The notes under the pieces: model-generated
The model's database searches: none
What the model was told of the DNA's origin: nothing
What the model saw: only the letters and a program-made list of their open reading frames with translations
Source of the DNA: Eledone cirrhosa
Lineage: Eukaryota
Assembly (NCBI GenBank): GCA_964016885.1
Contig: OZ024742.1
Location: 93,062,001-93,126,000 of the forward strand
Reading direction: 5' to 3'
Length of the DNA stretch: 64,000 nt
Part shown: positions 38,996 through 50,408 of the stretch, in pieces
How the letters are laid out: each line of letters begins with the position of its first letter
How positions within the stretch are numbered: the first letter of the stretch is position 1
Translations under genes and position numbers: made by a program

Positions 38996-39086
38996 CCGAC
39001 CAATTTTGCCTCAAATGGGACAAAACCATCCAACCCATGCTAGCATGGAAGATGGACGTTAAACGATGATAATAAATATATATGTA

Positions 39087-39120
<34 letters not shown>

Positions 39121-39176
39121 CCGACGCTAGCATAGGTTGGATGGTTTTGTCCCATTTGAGGCAAGATTGGTCGGGA
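38872..39176. repeat. Two direct copies and one inverted copy of the RTE-tail unit
   Basis: Units at 38872 and 38995. The inverted partial copy is at 39121-39176. Confidence 0.85.
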
Positions 39177-39181
39177 TATAT

Positions 39182-39213
<32 letters not shown>

Positions 39214-40234
39214 TATAAACAAAGTTTCATATACTTAACATGTATGTGCTACCAATGGTTTCAAGGTCCAGTCATGTCCACCACTGTATATTGGAGGAAC
39301 CACTTTTAATGTACATTCAATTGTTTGTGAGTCTACTACAATAGGAATTCTGAAATTTGATACCTCTTAAAACCTAACATTCCTCAGCACTTTCACATCA
39401 GCCATACTCACTGAACCAGAACACTACACTTTTTCTTCTCTTCTCTCAAATTCTGACCAATTATTTTTGGTGCAAAACTTACTATACTTAATCATGTGAT
39501 TGTCACCAACAAATAAAATGGTAAATGGCAATTTTGAGCCACTTTTTCTGGCACAAAAATTACTGTACCTAATCACGTGATAGTCATCAACCAACAAAAT
39601 TACATTTTAAACAAATACCCATCCCAGCCACTTATTTTTGTATAAAACAGAATTTTCGAACTCCACTTATATGTTAGACACACCACAACAGATACCCCAA
39701 ATGTCAATTTTACTTTTGATAACCATAAGAACTCTGAAACTGGCAAAGTAAATAAATATTCTTAAAAAGACTTCAGTTGCATTTTCAATTTCTTTTCCTT
39801 ATATATATATATATGTAAATTTTTCAATCACATTTTTTTATTTGTTTGACCCGATTTACTTGGTTGTTTCTATGGCTGTGCGGATAATGGTTTAACCATC
39901 GTCTCAGTATGTTTGGCCTTTTAACGTATGTTGTAGCTCTGGTTCATTAGAATTATTGAGCGCTTGCCACACATCTCGGAAGTTGTTTTTCGCTAATTTC
40001 CAAAGGCGAAATACGATTCTCGCTAATTTATATTTATATATATATATATATATATATATCATCATTTCATCATCATTTCATTTTACGTCAGCTTTTTCCC
40101 TGCTTGCAAGGGTGGGACGGGAACTGATGCTGGCTTGATTTCTACAGCTGGATGCCCTTCCTAACACCAACCTCATTTACAGTGAGTGCTGGGTGCTTTT
40201 TTGCCGTGGCACCTCCACGACCACTTTGCAGTGG

Positions 40235-40404
40235 AATGATATGGACCCCAGTCCCTATCATCTCATTTCTACAGCTGAGTAAACTGGAGCAATGTGAAAT
40301 AAAGTGTCTTGCTCAAGGAAACAACACATTACCCGGTCTGAGAATTGAACTCACAACCTTTCGATTGCAAGGCCAATGCTCTAACCACTAAGCCATGTGC
40401 CTCC
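40235..40404 (-). mobile_element. tRNA-derived SINE (Meta/CORE-type core)
   Basis: Minus strand: GGAGGCACATGGCTTAGTGGTTAGAGC (A-box), GAGTTCAATTC (B-box) and CCTTGAGCAAGACACTTTATTTCAC core. Confidence 0.75.
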
Positions 40405-41244
40405 TATATATATAGGTATGTATGTATGTATACGTACATACATTTATGTATACAAACATACAGTAGTATGTATATATATACATACATGCAGACATATATA
40501 CATGCACGTATCGGTTTACCAAACATTTATTATAATGCTCGGTTTGTCCGTTTGTAAACAAACAAACAGCCCGAATTACGCCGTACAGTGTTTAGCCAAC
40601 CACGTCACCTTTTTGTTCAAAACTGACACAGGAACGATGTACTAGTTTCAAGCTTAATAGCTATTGTCATCATCGTATACCTTCCTGCCAGATGGTTTTC
40701 GGTGTGCCCGGCCAACTGAACTCACCCGATATGCAAATTGGGCTGCTCGGCCGTTAATATGCATAAGGAAAGTATATACTTTCAGACGTTCAACCATCTG
40801 GCAGGAAGGTATACGATGCTGACGATAGCTAATAAGCTTGAAACTAATACATCGTTCCTGTGTCAGTGTTGAACAAAAAGGTGACGTGGTTGCCTAAACA
40901 CTGTACGGCGTAATTCGGGCTGTTTGTTTGTTTACAAACAAACAAACCGTGCATTATAATAAATGTTTGGTAAACCGATACGTGCATGTATGTATATATA
41001 TACATACTACTGTATGTCTGTATACATATATGTATGTACGTATACGGACATACATACTTACATTTAAGTAAGTGCCGTACTAAGAGTGAGAAATGAAATT
41101 TCGTTTTCATTTTATTAAAACTTATCGTTTTCGGTACGCCTGGCCGATTTAACTCACTCGATATGCAAATTAGGTTGCTCAGCCGTTAATTTTCAGAAGG
41201 AAAGTATATACTTTCGAACGTTCAACCATCTGGCAGAAGGGTAT

Positions 41245-41287
41245 ACAGTGCTGATGATAGCTAACAAGCTTGAAACTAGTACATCGT
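41245..41287 (+). ncRNA. Minimal type I hammerhead ribozyme
   Basis: ACAGTG-CUGAUGA-TAGCT AACA AGCTT-GAAA-CTAG-UA-CATCGT. Palindromic stem III ACTAGT. Confidence 0.8.
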
Positions 41288-41446
41288 TCCTGTGACAGTG
41301 TTGAACAACAAGGTGACGTAGTTGCCTTAACACCGTACGGCATAAATTCAGGCTGTTCAGTTTGTTTACAAACGAACAAAGCGGGCGTTATAATAAGCGT
41401 CCGCTAAACTGATACGTACATATATGTATGTGTACCTGTATGTATA

Positions 41447-41492
<46 letters not shown>

Positions 41493-41536
41493 TGCTACTG
41501 TACGTCTGTATACATATATGTATGTATGTATACATA

Positions 41537-42097
41537 CATCATCATCATCAACGTTTAACGTCCGTGTTCCACGCTTGCATGGGTTTGGACGGGGGTATTC
41601 CCACTTGAGGCAAGAGTGATTGTCTTGCTCGCATAGGACTGTCTGGCAGGTTTTCTACAGTTGGATGCCCTTCCTAACACCAACCACATTTACAGTGTGG
41701 GACTGGGAGGTTTTTACCGTGTTGCCTACACGGCCACATTACAGCGTGGACTGTGTGTTTTTTTGTTGTGACACCTACACGATCTCATTTGTTTCGGCCT
41801 GGATGTTGTGGCACCAACATAACTTTACATAGGAGGGGGTGGTGTGGATGGGGTGTGGGTGGTGGGACGGGGGTGTATTTTGTTAGAGATGCCTACTGGC
41901 TGTAGTAGGTTTTACTATGTATTTAGGTAAGGCGGGTCTTCTCTATTACTGAGTACCGCCAAAGGTCTCGGTCCAGTGACATTGTCTTGGAGAGGTGTAA
42001 GTGTGTGAGGTCGGAGTTTATCAGCTCGTCCCAGGATTTTCTAGGTCTGCCTATTCCGTGGCTACCCTCTATCTTTATTGCCCTGCACTTTGTTATA
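41537..42097 (-). mobile_element. RTE 3' fragment inserted into the retrozyme-like array
   Basis: Reverse complement of the 15510-16050 region. TSD-like TATACATACAT on both sides. Confidence 0.9.
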
Positions 42098-42293
42098 CAT
42101 ACATACTTACATTTAAGTAAGTGCCGTACTAAGAGTGAGAAATGAAATTTCGTTTTCATTTTATTACAACTTATCGTTTTCGGTACGCCTGGCCGATTTA
42201 ACTCACTCGATATGCAAATTAGGCTGCTCAGCCGTTAATTTTCATAAGGAAAGTATATACTTTCGAACGTTCAACCATCTGGCAGAAGGGTAT

Positions 42294-42336
42294 ACGGTGC
42301 TGATGATAGCTAACAAGCTTGAAACTAGTACATTGT
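42294..42336 (+). ncRNA. Minimal type I hammerhead ribozyme
   Basis: ACGGTG-CUGAUGA-TAGCT AACA AGCTT-GAAA-CTAG-UA-CATTGT. Stem I is kept through G-U pairs. Confidence 0.82.
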
Positions 42337-43174
42337 TCCTGTTCAGTGTTGAACAAAAAGGTGACGTGGTTGCCTTAACACCGTACGGCATAAATTCAGG
42401 CTGTTCAGTTTGTTTACAAACGAACAAAGCGGGCGTTATAATAAGCGTCCGCTAAACTGATACGTACATATATGTATGTGTACCTGTATGTATATATGTA
42501 TATATATATATATATATATGCATGCTACTGTACGTCTGTATACATATATGTATGTACGTATACATACATACTTATATTTATATATATATATATATATATA
42601 TATGTCAAAGGTATATATTGAGTTAGAAACACAAAATAGTCTCTTACAATTAAATAGCTCAAGGAAAGAAATTTTTCCGGCCCGTGTAATATAATTGAAT
42701 ATAAAAGAGAGATAAACACAGATATATACATATATGTGTTCAAATCATAAGGGACCAGATTCGTTAAGGTGTAAAAAATACTAACTATGAACAATAGGGT
42801 TTGCCAGACTCAATTTAAAAGAATAAATTAAGAAAAGAAATACAAACTGATATTGCGGCAACTGCCAGACACTCAGGCAGATTTTGGTAATGGTGTTTTA
42901 TAATTTTAGTGATATATCTGTGTTTATCTCTCTTTTATATATGTTTATATATATATATATATATATATATGAGCGTCAACTGAAACGTTTATGGGCTGAA
43001 AGGTTCATAGGTTGACCAAGATATTCTCATGGAATGACCAAATGAGGTTTATTTTTCAACATAGTTCCTGGAAATAAACAATGCAGTTATTAATAAGAAA
43101 AGTTGAAATTAATGCATGTAAGATTTTGCAGCCCTAGCATTACTTCTTCACATTCAGCCTATGAACGTTTATAT

Positions 43175-43206
<32 letters not shown>

Positions 43207-44743
43207 CCTCCCATTTACTCCTGAGAGGATTGTGGGGAAGAGTCCTCCAACACTCCTTCTAGGGGATCCAAGCTCATGGATGTTATCCAATCATCTTGCT
43301 CGGTGTCTACCCCTGGGTTTCCTGCCAATTCGTTTTGCCCATAAATTCTGTCCAGCAATTCTTACATATATATATATATCATCATCATTTAATGTTTGCT
43401 TTCTTTGCTAGCAAGAGTCGGACGGGTTTACTTAGATTAAATCAGTACTGAAGCGGGGCTACTGACCTTCTAGACAGGCTGAGGTTCTGCATCCTGCTTG
43501 CGTATGGTCATATATCGTATTGAGTACAGAGGAGAAGTTGTGTCTATTGATACAAACTGAAGGGTCTTCGCAACTTGTTTGACAATCTATGGCTAGATGC
43601 TCTTCCTGACACCAACCAACCAACTTTAGTATGTACTGGGTGATTTTATTGTGTAGATCACCAATACTAGGGAAGTTGTCATGTCCTTGACACAACTGAA
43701 GGGTTCTCCCCACCCTTTTTTGGCCAGCTTTCTATAGCTGAATGCCTGTTCTAATACCAACCACTTTATAGTGTGTACTAGATGCATTTCTCATGTAGAT
43801 TATGAGATTGCTGTGTCTTTGACACAACTAAAGGGTCCTTTCAACCCTTTTAGGCATGGTTAAATAAATAAATAAACACACGTGTTTACTACTCTAAATT
43901 AATTGTAAAATTTAGATTTAAATCAGGATCAGTTCCAACTACAGACAGCAACTGATGTTGCCAAAACAAATAAGTATGTCTATCACTTTTCTAAAGATAT
44001 ATTCCCAGGATTTCATTAACGAAAAACTTCATTTAATCATGACTCTACGTATGTAACTCTCTCACAAAACCTATCATACCTGCACCATGACTCTTGAAGT
44101 TACTGTCTTGCTATTGTTTTTGAAATGGCTTATTTGAAAAAGATTATCTGTTGTTGTTATTGTTGTTATTATTGTAAATGATATATGAGTAAAGAACCTC
44201 CAACCTATGTGCAATATTGATATGTAGAAATAAACTCTGATGATTCTAACGTTGAAACAACTCCTGAAGGTCAAGTTATTATAAAACTATGAAAACTATG
44301 AAAAAAAAAGAAAAATTTTTAATTAAAAATTTTGAGGTTTTTCCACTGCAGTTCTATGACCCTGGTACGAGGTTTAGGTCAGCAGAAACATATGTCAGTT
44401 TGACAATGCCTTGAATCTTGTGTTTTTAAAATTAGTATATAACAGCTCAGCATGAACCCTATTGCATTGAGTTTTTAACCATCCGGTAAATCAGTTTTAA
44501 TACTCCATTTATTAATAATTGTTTCTACTTTTGGCACAAGGCCAGCAATTACCCAGTGCATTACTTGTACTTTATTTTATCTACCCTGTAAGGATGAAAG
44601 GCAAAGTTCACTTTGGCGGATTTGAACTCCATTTATTAATAATATTATTATTATTACTACTATTATATATATATATATATATTAGAAAGTGAGGTTTTTT
44701 TTACAAAATGAAAAATAACCAAGGTGTCCTACATGAGTGAAAG

Positions 44744-44945
44744 TATAAGGAAGAAAGATGAAATCGAAAATGCAACTGGAGTCTTATTTAAAAAAAAATA
44801 TATATATTTATTTGGTTCCTCCATCTCAACTCTACTTTTGAAAAGCAGAAGAATTGCGAAACCGGTAAAGGAACCAAATAAATATATATATTTTTTTAAA
44901 AATAAGACTCCAGTTGCATTTTCGATTTCATCTTTTTTCCTTATA
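44744..44945. repeat. ~77-bp inverted repeat enclosing a hammerhead-like remnant
   Basis: Arms 44744-44820 and 44869-44945. The spacer contains CAGAAGA-ATTGC-GAAA-CCGG-TA. Confidence 0.75.
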
Positions 44946-45527
44946 TCATCATCATCATCATCATCATCAGGTTTAGCGTCCGTGTTCCACGCTTGCATGG
45001 GTTTGGACGGGGGTTTTCCCACTTGAGGCAAGAGTGATTGTCTTGCTCGCATAGGATTGTCTGGCGGGTTTTCTACAGTTGGATGCCCTTCCTAACACCA
45101 ACCACATTTACAGTGTGGGGCTGGGAGGTTTTTACCGTGTTGCCTACACGGCCACATTACAGCGTGGACTGTGTGTTTTTTTGTCGTGACACCTACACGA
45201 TCTCATTTGTTTCGGCCTGGATGTTGTGGGACCAACATAACTTTACATTGAAAGGGGCCGTGTGGGTGGGGTGGAGGTGGTGGGACGGGGGTGTGTTTTG
45301 ATAGAGATGCCTACTGACTGTAGTAGGTTTTTACTTTGTATTTAGGTAAGGCGGGTCTTCTCTATTACTGAGTACCGCCAAAGGTCTCGGTCCAGTGACA
45401 TTGTCTTGGAGAGGTGTAAGCGTGTGAGGTCGGAATTTATCAGCTCGTCCCATGTTTTTCTGGGTCTGCCTACTCCGTGGCTACCGTCTATCTTTATTGC
45501 CCTGCACTTTGTTATACAGCTGTCGTC
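44946..45527 (-). mobile_element. RTE 3' fragment
   Basis: Reverse complement of the 3' end of the 12500-16050 family with a (CAT)n tail. Related fragments at 45660-45975 (+), 40060-40232 (-) and 51463-51772 (-). Confidence 0.88.
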
Positions 45528-46346
45528 TAGCTGTCGCTAGCATATATATATATATATATATGCTAGCGTGGAAGATAGATGTTAAAACAATGATGATGAT
45601 ATATATACATAATAATAATAATATTAGTACTAATATATATATATATATATATATATACCCCTACCCTATCCTGCCACTCCCACAAACAACACGAGAAAAT
45701 GAGATCGAGATCGTGTAGGTGTCACGACAAAAAACACACAGAGTCCATGTTGTAATATGTTCGTGTAGGTAACACGGTAAAAAGTTCCCAGTTCCACACT
45801 GTAAATGTGGTTGGTGTTAGGAAGGGCATCCAGCGGTAGAAAACCTGCCAGATAGTCCTATATGAGTGAGACACGGTCACCCCGACCAGCCTTGCCTCAA
45901 GTGGGACAAGTCCCGTCTAACCCATGCTAGCGTGGAAAATGGACGTTAAACGAAGATGATGATGATGATGATGATATATGCATATATATATATATGTGCA
46001 TGTATATATATATGTGTGTGTATATGTATATATATGTATATATGTGTGTTTGTGTGTATATGTATATATATGTATATATGTGTTAGTGTGTATATGCATA
46101 TGTACAATATATATGTATGTGTGTGTATGCATATATATATGTATATGTGTGTGTGTGTGTGTTTATATGTACATATATGTATATATGTGTGTGTGTATGT
46201 ATATATGTGTGTATATGTATATATATATATATGTATTGAAGTTTCCGTTGAAAATTGAAAAAGTTATAGGAGTGAAGAGTGCTCTATGTAAGTGCCAGAG
46301 CTAAATTTAATGTATAATAAACAATGCAATATAATATTGTATTGTT

Positions 46347-46431
<85 letters not shown>

Positions 46432-46432
46432 G

Positions 46433-46465
<33 letters not shown>

Positions 46466-46507
46466 CGATATTAACAAATGGAAACTATATTTATAAAACC
46501 ATATTTA

Positions 46508-46568
46508 TTTCATTATACATATTTCAAGGACACCAAGTTAAATTATGGTGTGCTTTCATCAGATAAAA
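46508..46568 (-). ncRNA. Type I hammerhead ribozyme motif
   Basis: Minus strand: TTTTAT-CUGAUGA-AAGCACACCA/TGGTGTCCTT stem II-GAAA-TATGTA-UA-ATGAAA. Confidence 0.7.
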
Positions 46569-46699
46569 TATAATATAGAGCAGTCTTATAAATAAATATT
46601 GACATACCCTTAAAGAATGCAACAATTACTGTTGGAAGCTGCCGGATACTATATGTGTATATATATATATGTATATATATATATGTGTATATATATATG

Positions 46700-46734
<35 letters not shown>

Positions 46735-46875
46735 GTATATATATACATATGTGTATATAAATATACATATATATATATGGATATATATATATACATATAT
46801 ATATATATAAGTAAGTAAAAAATTTATACATATATACATATATATATATGGATATATATATATACATATATATAT

Positions 46876-47615
46876 ATTTAAGTAAGTAAAAAATTTTTTT
46901 AAAAATTTCTTTTAAAAAATATTTTCTTATTTTACGTCCTTTATATTATTGTTCTGCATTCTCCTGCATTGAACCACCTAGGTACTATGACATAACCTGT
47001 GTATTTGCTAGCATGGGCGTGCATCTGTGCGCTTATGTTAGTTGATATATTAAATTATCTATATTTATCTCCAAATCACTGATTTGTCGAGCAAACTTGC
47101 CAAAACCACTTCTAAAAAAATTTTTTTTGGGGTGTTAGTAGGCGTCAATCATCTTACCATCCCATTCCTTCTAACTAGCCTCTGTGTCATGTGATTGATT
47201 CTTTAGAATCGGCCATTTGACTTGAAGCAGTGAGAATTTAGGTACATAGAATCCAGTCCTCGCAAGCTGTTCGATCTACCGAATTATTATTATTTTTATA
47301 TGAGCCGCCAGTGTCCGCGCATTGCCTGGAGACTTAACTGAGAATAGACTCCCTGATGACGCAATGAATTCTCGACAGTTGGATTACGTAACTGTCTTTA
47401 TCCCATTGCAGAAACTAATTAGTTGGAGTGAAAATTTAAGTAAGTAAAAAATTTTTTTAAAAATTTCTTTTAAAAAATATTTTCTTATTTTACGTCCTTT
47501 ATATTATTGTTCTGCATTCTCCTGCATTGAACCACCTAGGTACTATGACATAACCTGTGTATTTGCTAGCATGGGCGTGCATCTGTGCGCTTATGTTAGT
47601 TGATATATTAAATTA

Positions 47616-47622
<7 letters not shown>
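46876..47622 (+). mobile_element. Partial-tandem non-coding element (558 bp period) with a hammerhead ribozyme, inserted in (TA)n
   Basis: ~189 bp direct repeats at 46876-47064 and 47434-47622. The HHR lies immediately upstream of the second repeat. Confidence 0.8.
47348..47429 (+). ncRNA. Type I hammerhead ribozyme
   Basis: ACTCC-CUGAUGA-C-GCAATG[GACAGTT/AACTGTC]CATTGC-A-GAAA-CTAATTAG-UU-GGAGT. Stem I ACTCC/GGAGT is perfect and stem III ACTAATTAGT is palindromic. Confidence 0.85.
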
Positions 47623-47674
<52 letters not shown>

Positions 47675-47695
47675 GTATATTTAAATACACATATG

Positions 47696-47742
<47 letters not shown>

Positions 47743-47773
47743 ATATATATATATGTATATTTAAATACACATA

Positions 47774-47807
<34 letters not shown>

Positions 47808-47811
<4 letters not shown>

Positions 47812-48220
47812 AACGTTTGAATATGTGTAATAAGGCCAAAACAATGCAGGTATGGACATAGAAAAAAGAATGCAATAGTAAAAGAATTCGTCTTTCACCT
47901 TGAATTTATTTAAATGTCCTTAATTTTCGAGATAATATCTCTTCTTCGGAGGGAAATTAAGGTCTCAAACCAGCGTCTTAAATCTCTAGCCAAGCCATTC
48001 TGACCGGAAATATACTATTTCCGGTCAGAATGGCTTGGCTAGAGATTTAAGACGCTGGTTTGAGACCTTAATTTCCCTCCGAAGAAGAGATATTATCTCG
48101 AAAATTAAGGACATTTAAATAAATTCAAGGTGAAAGACGAATTCTTTTACTATTGCATTCTTTTTTCTATGTCCATACCTGCATTGTTTTGGCCTTATTA
48201 CACATATTCAAACGTTTATA
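47808..48220. repeat. 413-bp palindrome (205-bp arms, 3-nt loop) with a hammerhead-like motif in each arm
   Basis: No mismatch seen between the arms by eye; centre GGAAATA-TAC-TATTTCC at 48014. CCT-CCGAAGA-AGAGAT ATT ATCTC-GAAA-AT-TA-AGG at 48076-48110. Confidence 0.92.
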
Positions 48221-48293
48221 CCTCATTACACAATGCTTCAAGTGAACTATAACCTCCTCCATATATATATATGTATATTTAAATACACATATG

Positions 48294-48340
<47 letters not shown>

Positions 48341-48399
48341 ATATATATATATGTATATTTAAATACACATATGTATATATATATATATATATATACACT

Positions 48400-48444
<45 letters not shown>

Positions 48445-48514
48445 ATATATATATATGTATATTTAAATACACATATGTATATATATATATATATACACTC
48501 ATGTATATATATAC

Positions 48515-48547
<33 letters not shown>

Positions 48548-48558
48548 CACATATATAT

Positions 48559-48601
<43 letters not shown>

Positions 48602-49020
48602 TATATATACATATATATACATGCACATATATACATATACACACACACATATATACATATATATATATATATACATACATATATATATATATATATAAAC
48701 CCATGCAAGCATGGAATATGGACGTTAAACGATGATGATGATGATATATATATATATATATATATATATGAATTTTACTATTCTAAAAGTCTTAGGAATG
48801 CGCACCCCACCCCCTAAAAATCAATGTAAGTAGCTAATATAGGATTATCAAAATCTTAAATAACAAAATAGGCAGGGAGTGTGTGGGGTTGGGGTAATCT
48901 TATTTATGTAAACATCTTGCTTTATAAAATACCACCACCACCATCACCAACAGCAGGTAAATAAATACTTTACAGACGGATGGATGTGTATATGTTTGAG
49001 TGTGTATATGTGTGTGAATA

Positions 49021-49052
<32 letters not shown>

Positions 49053-49125
49053 AATATATATATAAATATATATATATATATGTGCATATATATATACATA
49101 TATATATATGTTTATATATAGATAT

Positions 49126-49228
<103 letters not shown>

Positions 49229-49239
49229 TATATACACAT

Positions 49240-49287
<48 letters not shown>

Positions 49288-49339
49288 TTATCCTTATCGA
49301 GCCCTCTTTGGATTTTAGTCTTCAAATTTATTATTATTA

Positions 49340-50372
49340 CTATATATATATATATATATATGTATACGTACATACATATATGTATTCAGACGTACACTAG
49401 TATGTATACGTACATACATATATGTATACCACCACCACCACCACTCGTCGACTACTGTCGAGATGATGGATCTCACTCTCATGCCCCAGAATCCCCTGTC
49501 CCCCATCGCTGCCCCCAGGTCCTGTCTGCTGATTCCCGTATCCCTAGAGATAACGTCAGGGAATGACAGCTTCCTACTCCTAGTCAGACGTACACTACAG
49601 ACGTACACTAGTATGTATATACATACATACATACATGCACACATATATATATATGGGTTTACCAAAAATTTATTATAATGCTTGATTTGTTTGTAAACAA
49701 ACAGCCTGAATCAATAGCCGTACTGTGTTTGGCAACCATCGTTGCTCTTTTGTTCAACACTGACTAAGGAACGATGAACTAGTTTCTAGCTTATTAGCTG
49801 TCATCAGCATCGTATACCTCCCTGTCAGTCGATTGAACGTTTGAAAGTATATACTTTCCTTATGCATACATATATGTATGTACATATACATACTTATATT
49901 TAAGTATCAGCCGTACTAAGAGTGAGAAATGAAATTTCATTTTTTCCATTTATCGTTTTCGGTACACCCGGCCGACTAACTCACTCGATATGCAAATTAG
50001 GCTGCTCAGCCGTTAATATGCATAAGGAAAGTATATACTTTCAAACGTTCAATCGACTGACAGGAAGGTATACGATACTGATGACAGCTAATAAGCTAGA
50101 AACTTGTTCATCGTTCCTTAGTCAGTGTTGAACAAAAGGGCAATGATGGTTGCCGAACACTGTACGGCTACTAATTCGGGCTGTTTGTTTACAAACAAAC
50201 CGAGCATTATAATAAATGTTTGGTAAACCCATACGTTCATATATATATATGTGTGCATGTATGTATATACATACTAGTGTACGTCTGTATACATATATGG
50301 ATGTACGTATACATACTTATATTTAAGTATCAGCCGTACTAAGAGTGAGAAATGAAATTTCATTTTTTCCAT
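49340..50372. mobile_element. Second locus of the retrozyme-like family (inverted partial copy + 423-bp monomer)
   Basis: Anchor GTACTAAGAGTGAG at 49913 and 50336. HHRs at 49771-49813 (-) and 50072-50114 (+). A short unrelated insertion lies at ~49428-49600. Confidence 0.8.
49771..49813 (-). ncRNA. Minimal type I hammerhead ribozyme (best-preserved copy)
   Basis: Minus strand: ACGATG-CUGAUGA-CAGCT AATA AGCTA-GAAA-CTAG-UU-CATCGT. Confidence 0.85.
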
Positions 50373-50373
50373 T

Positions 50374-50408
<35 letters not shown>

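Larger units (their letters stand above)
40415..42580 (+). mobile_element. Retrozyme-like non-coding array: inverted partial copy + three tandem ~430-490 bp monomers, each with a hammerhead
   Basis: The monomer anchor GTACTAAGAGTGAGAAATGAAATTTC and the internal GATATGCAAAT recur. HHR cores at 40819, 41251 and 42300 (+) and a decayed one at ~40634-40676 (-). Confidence 0.8.
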
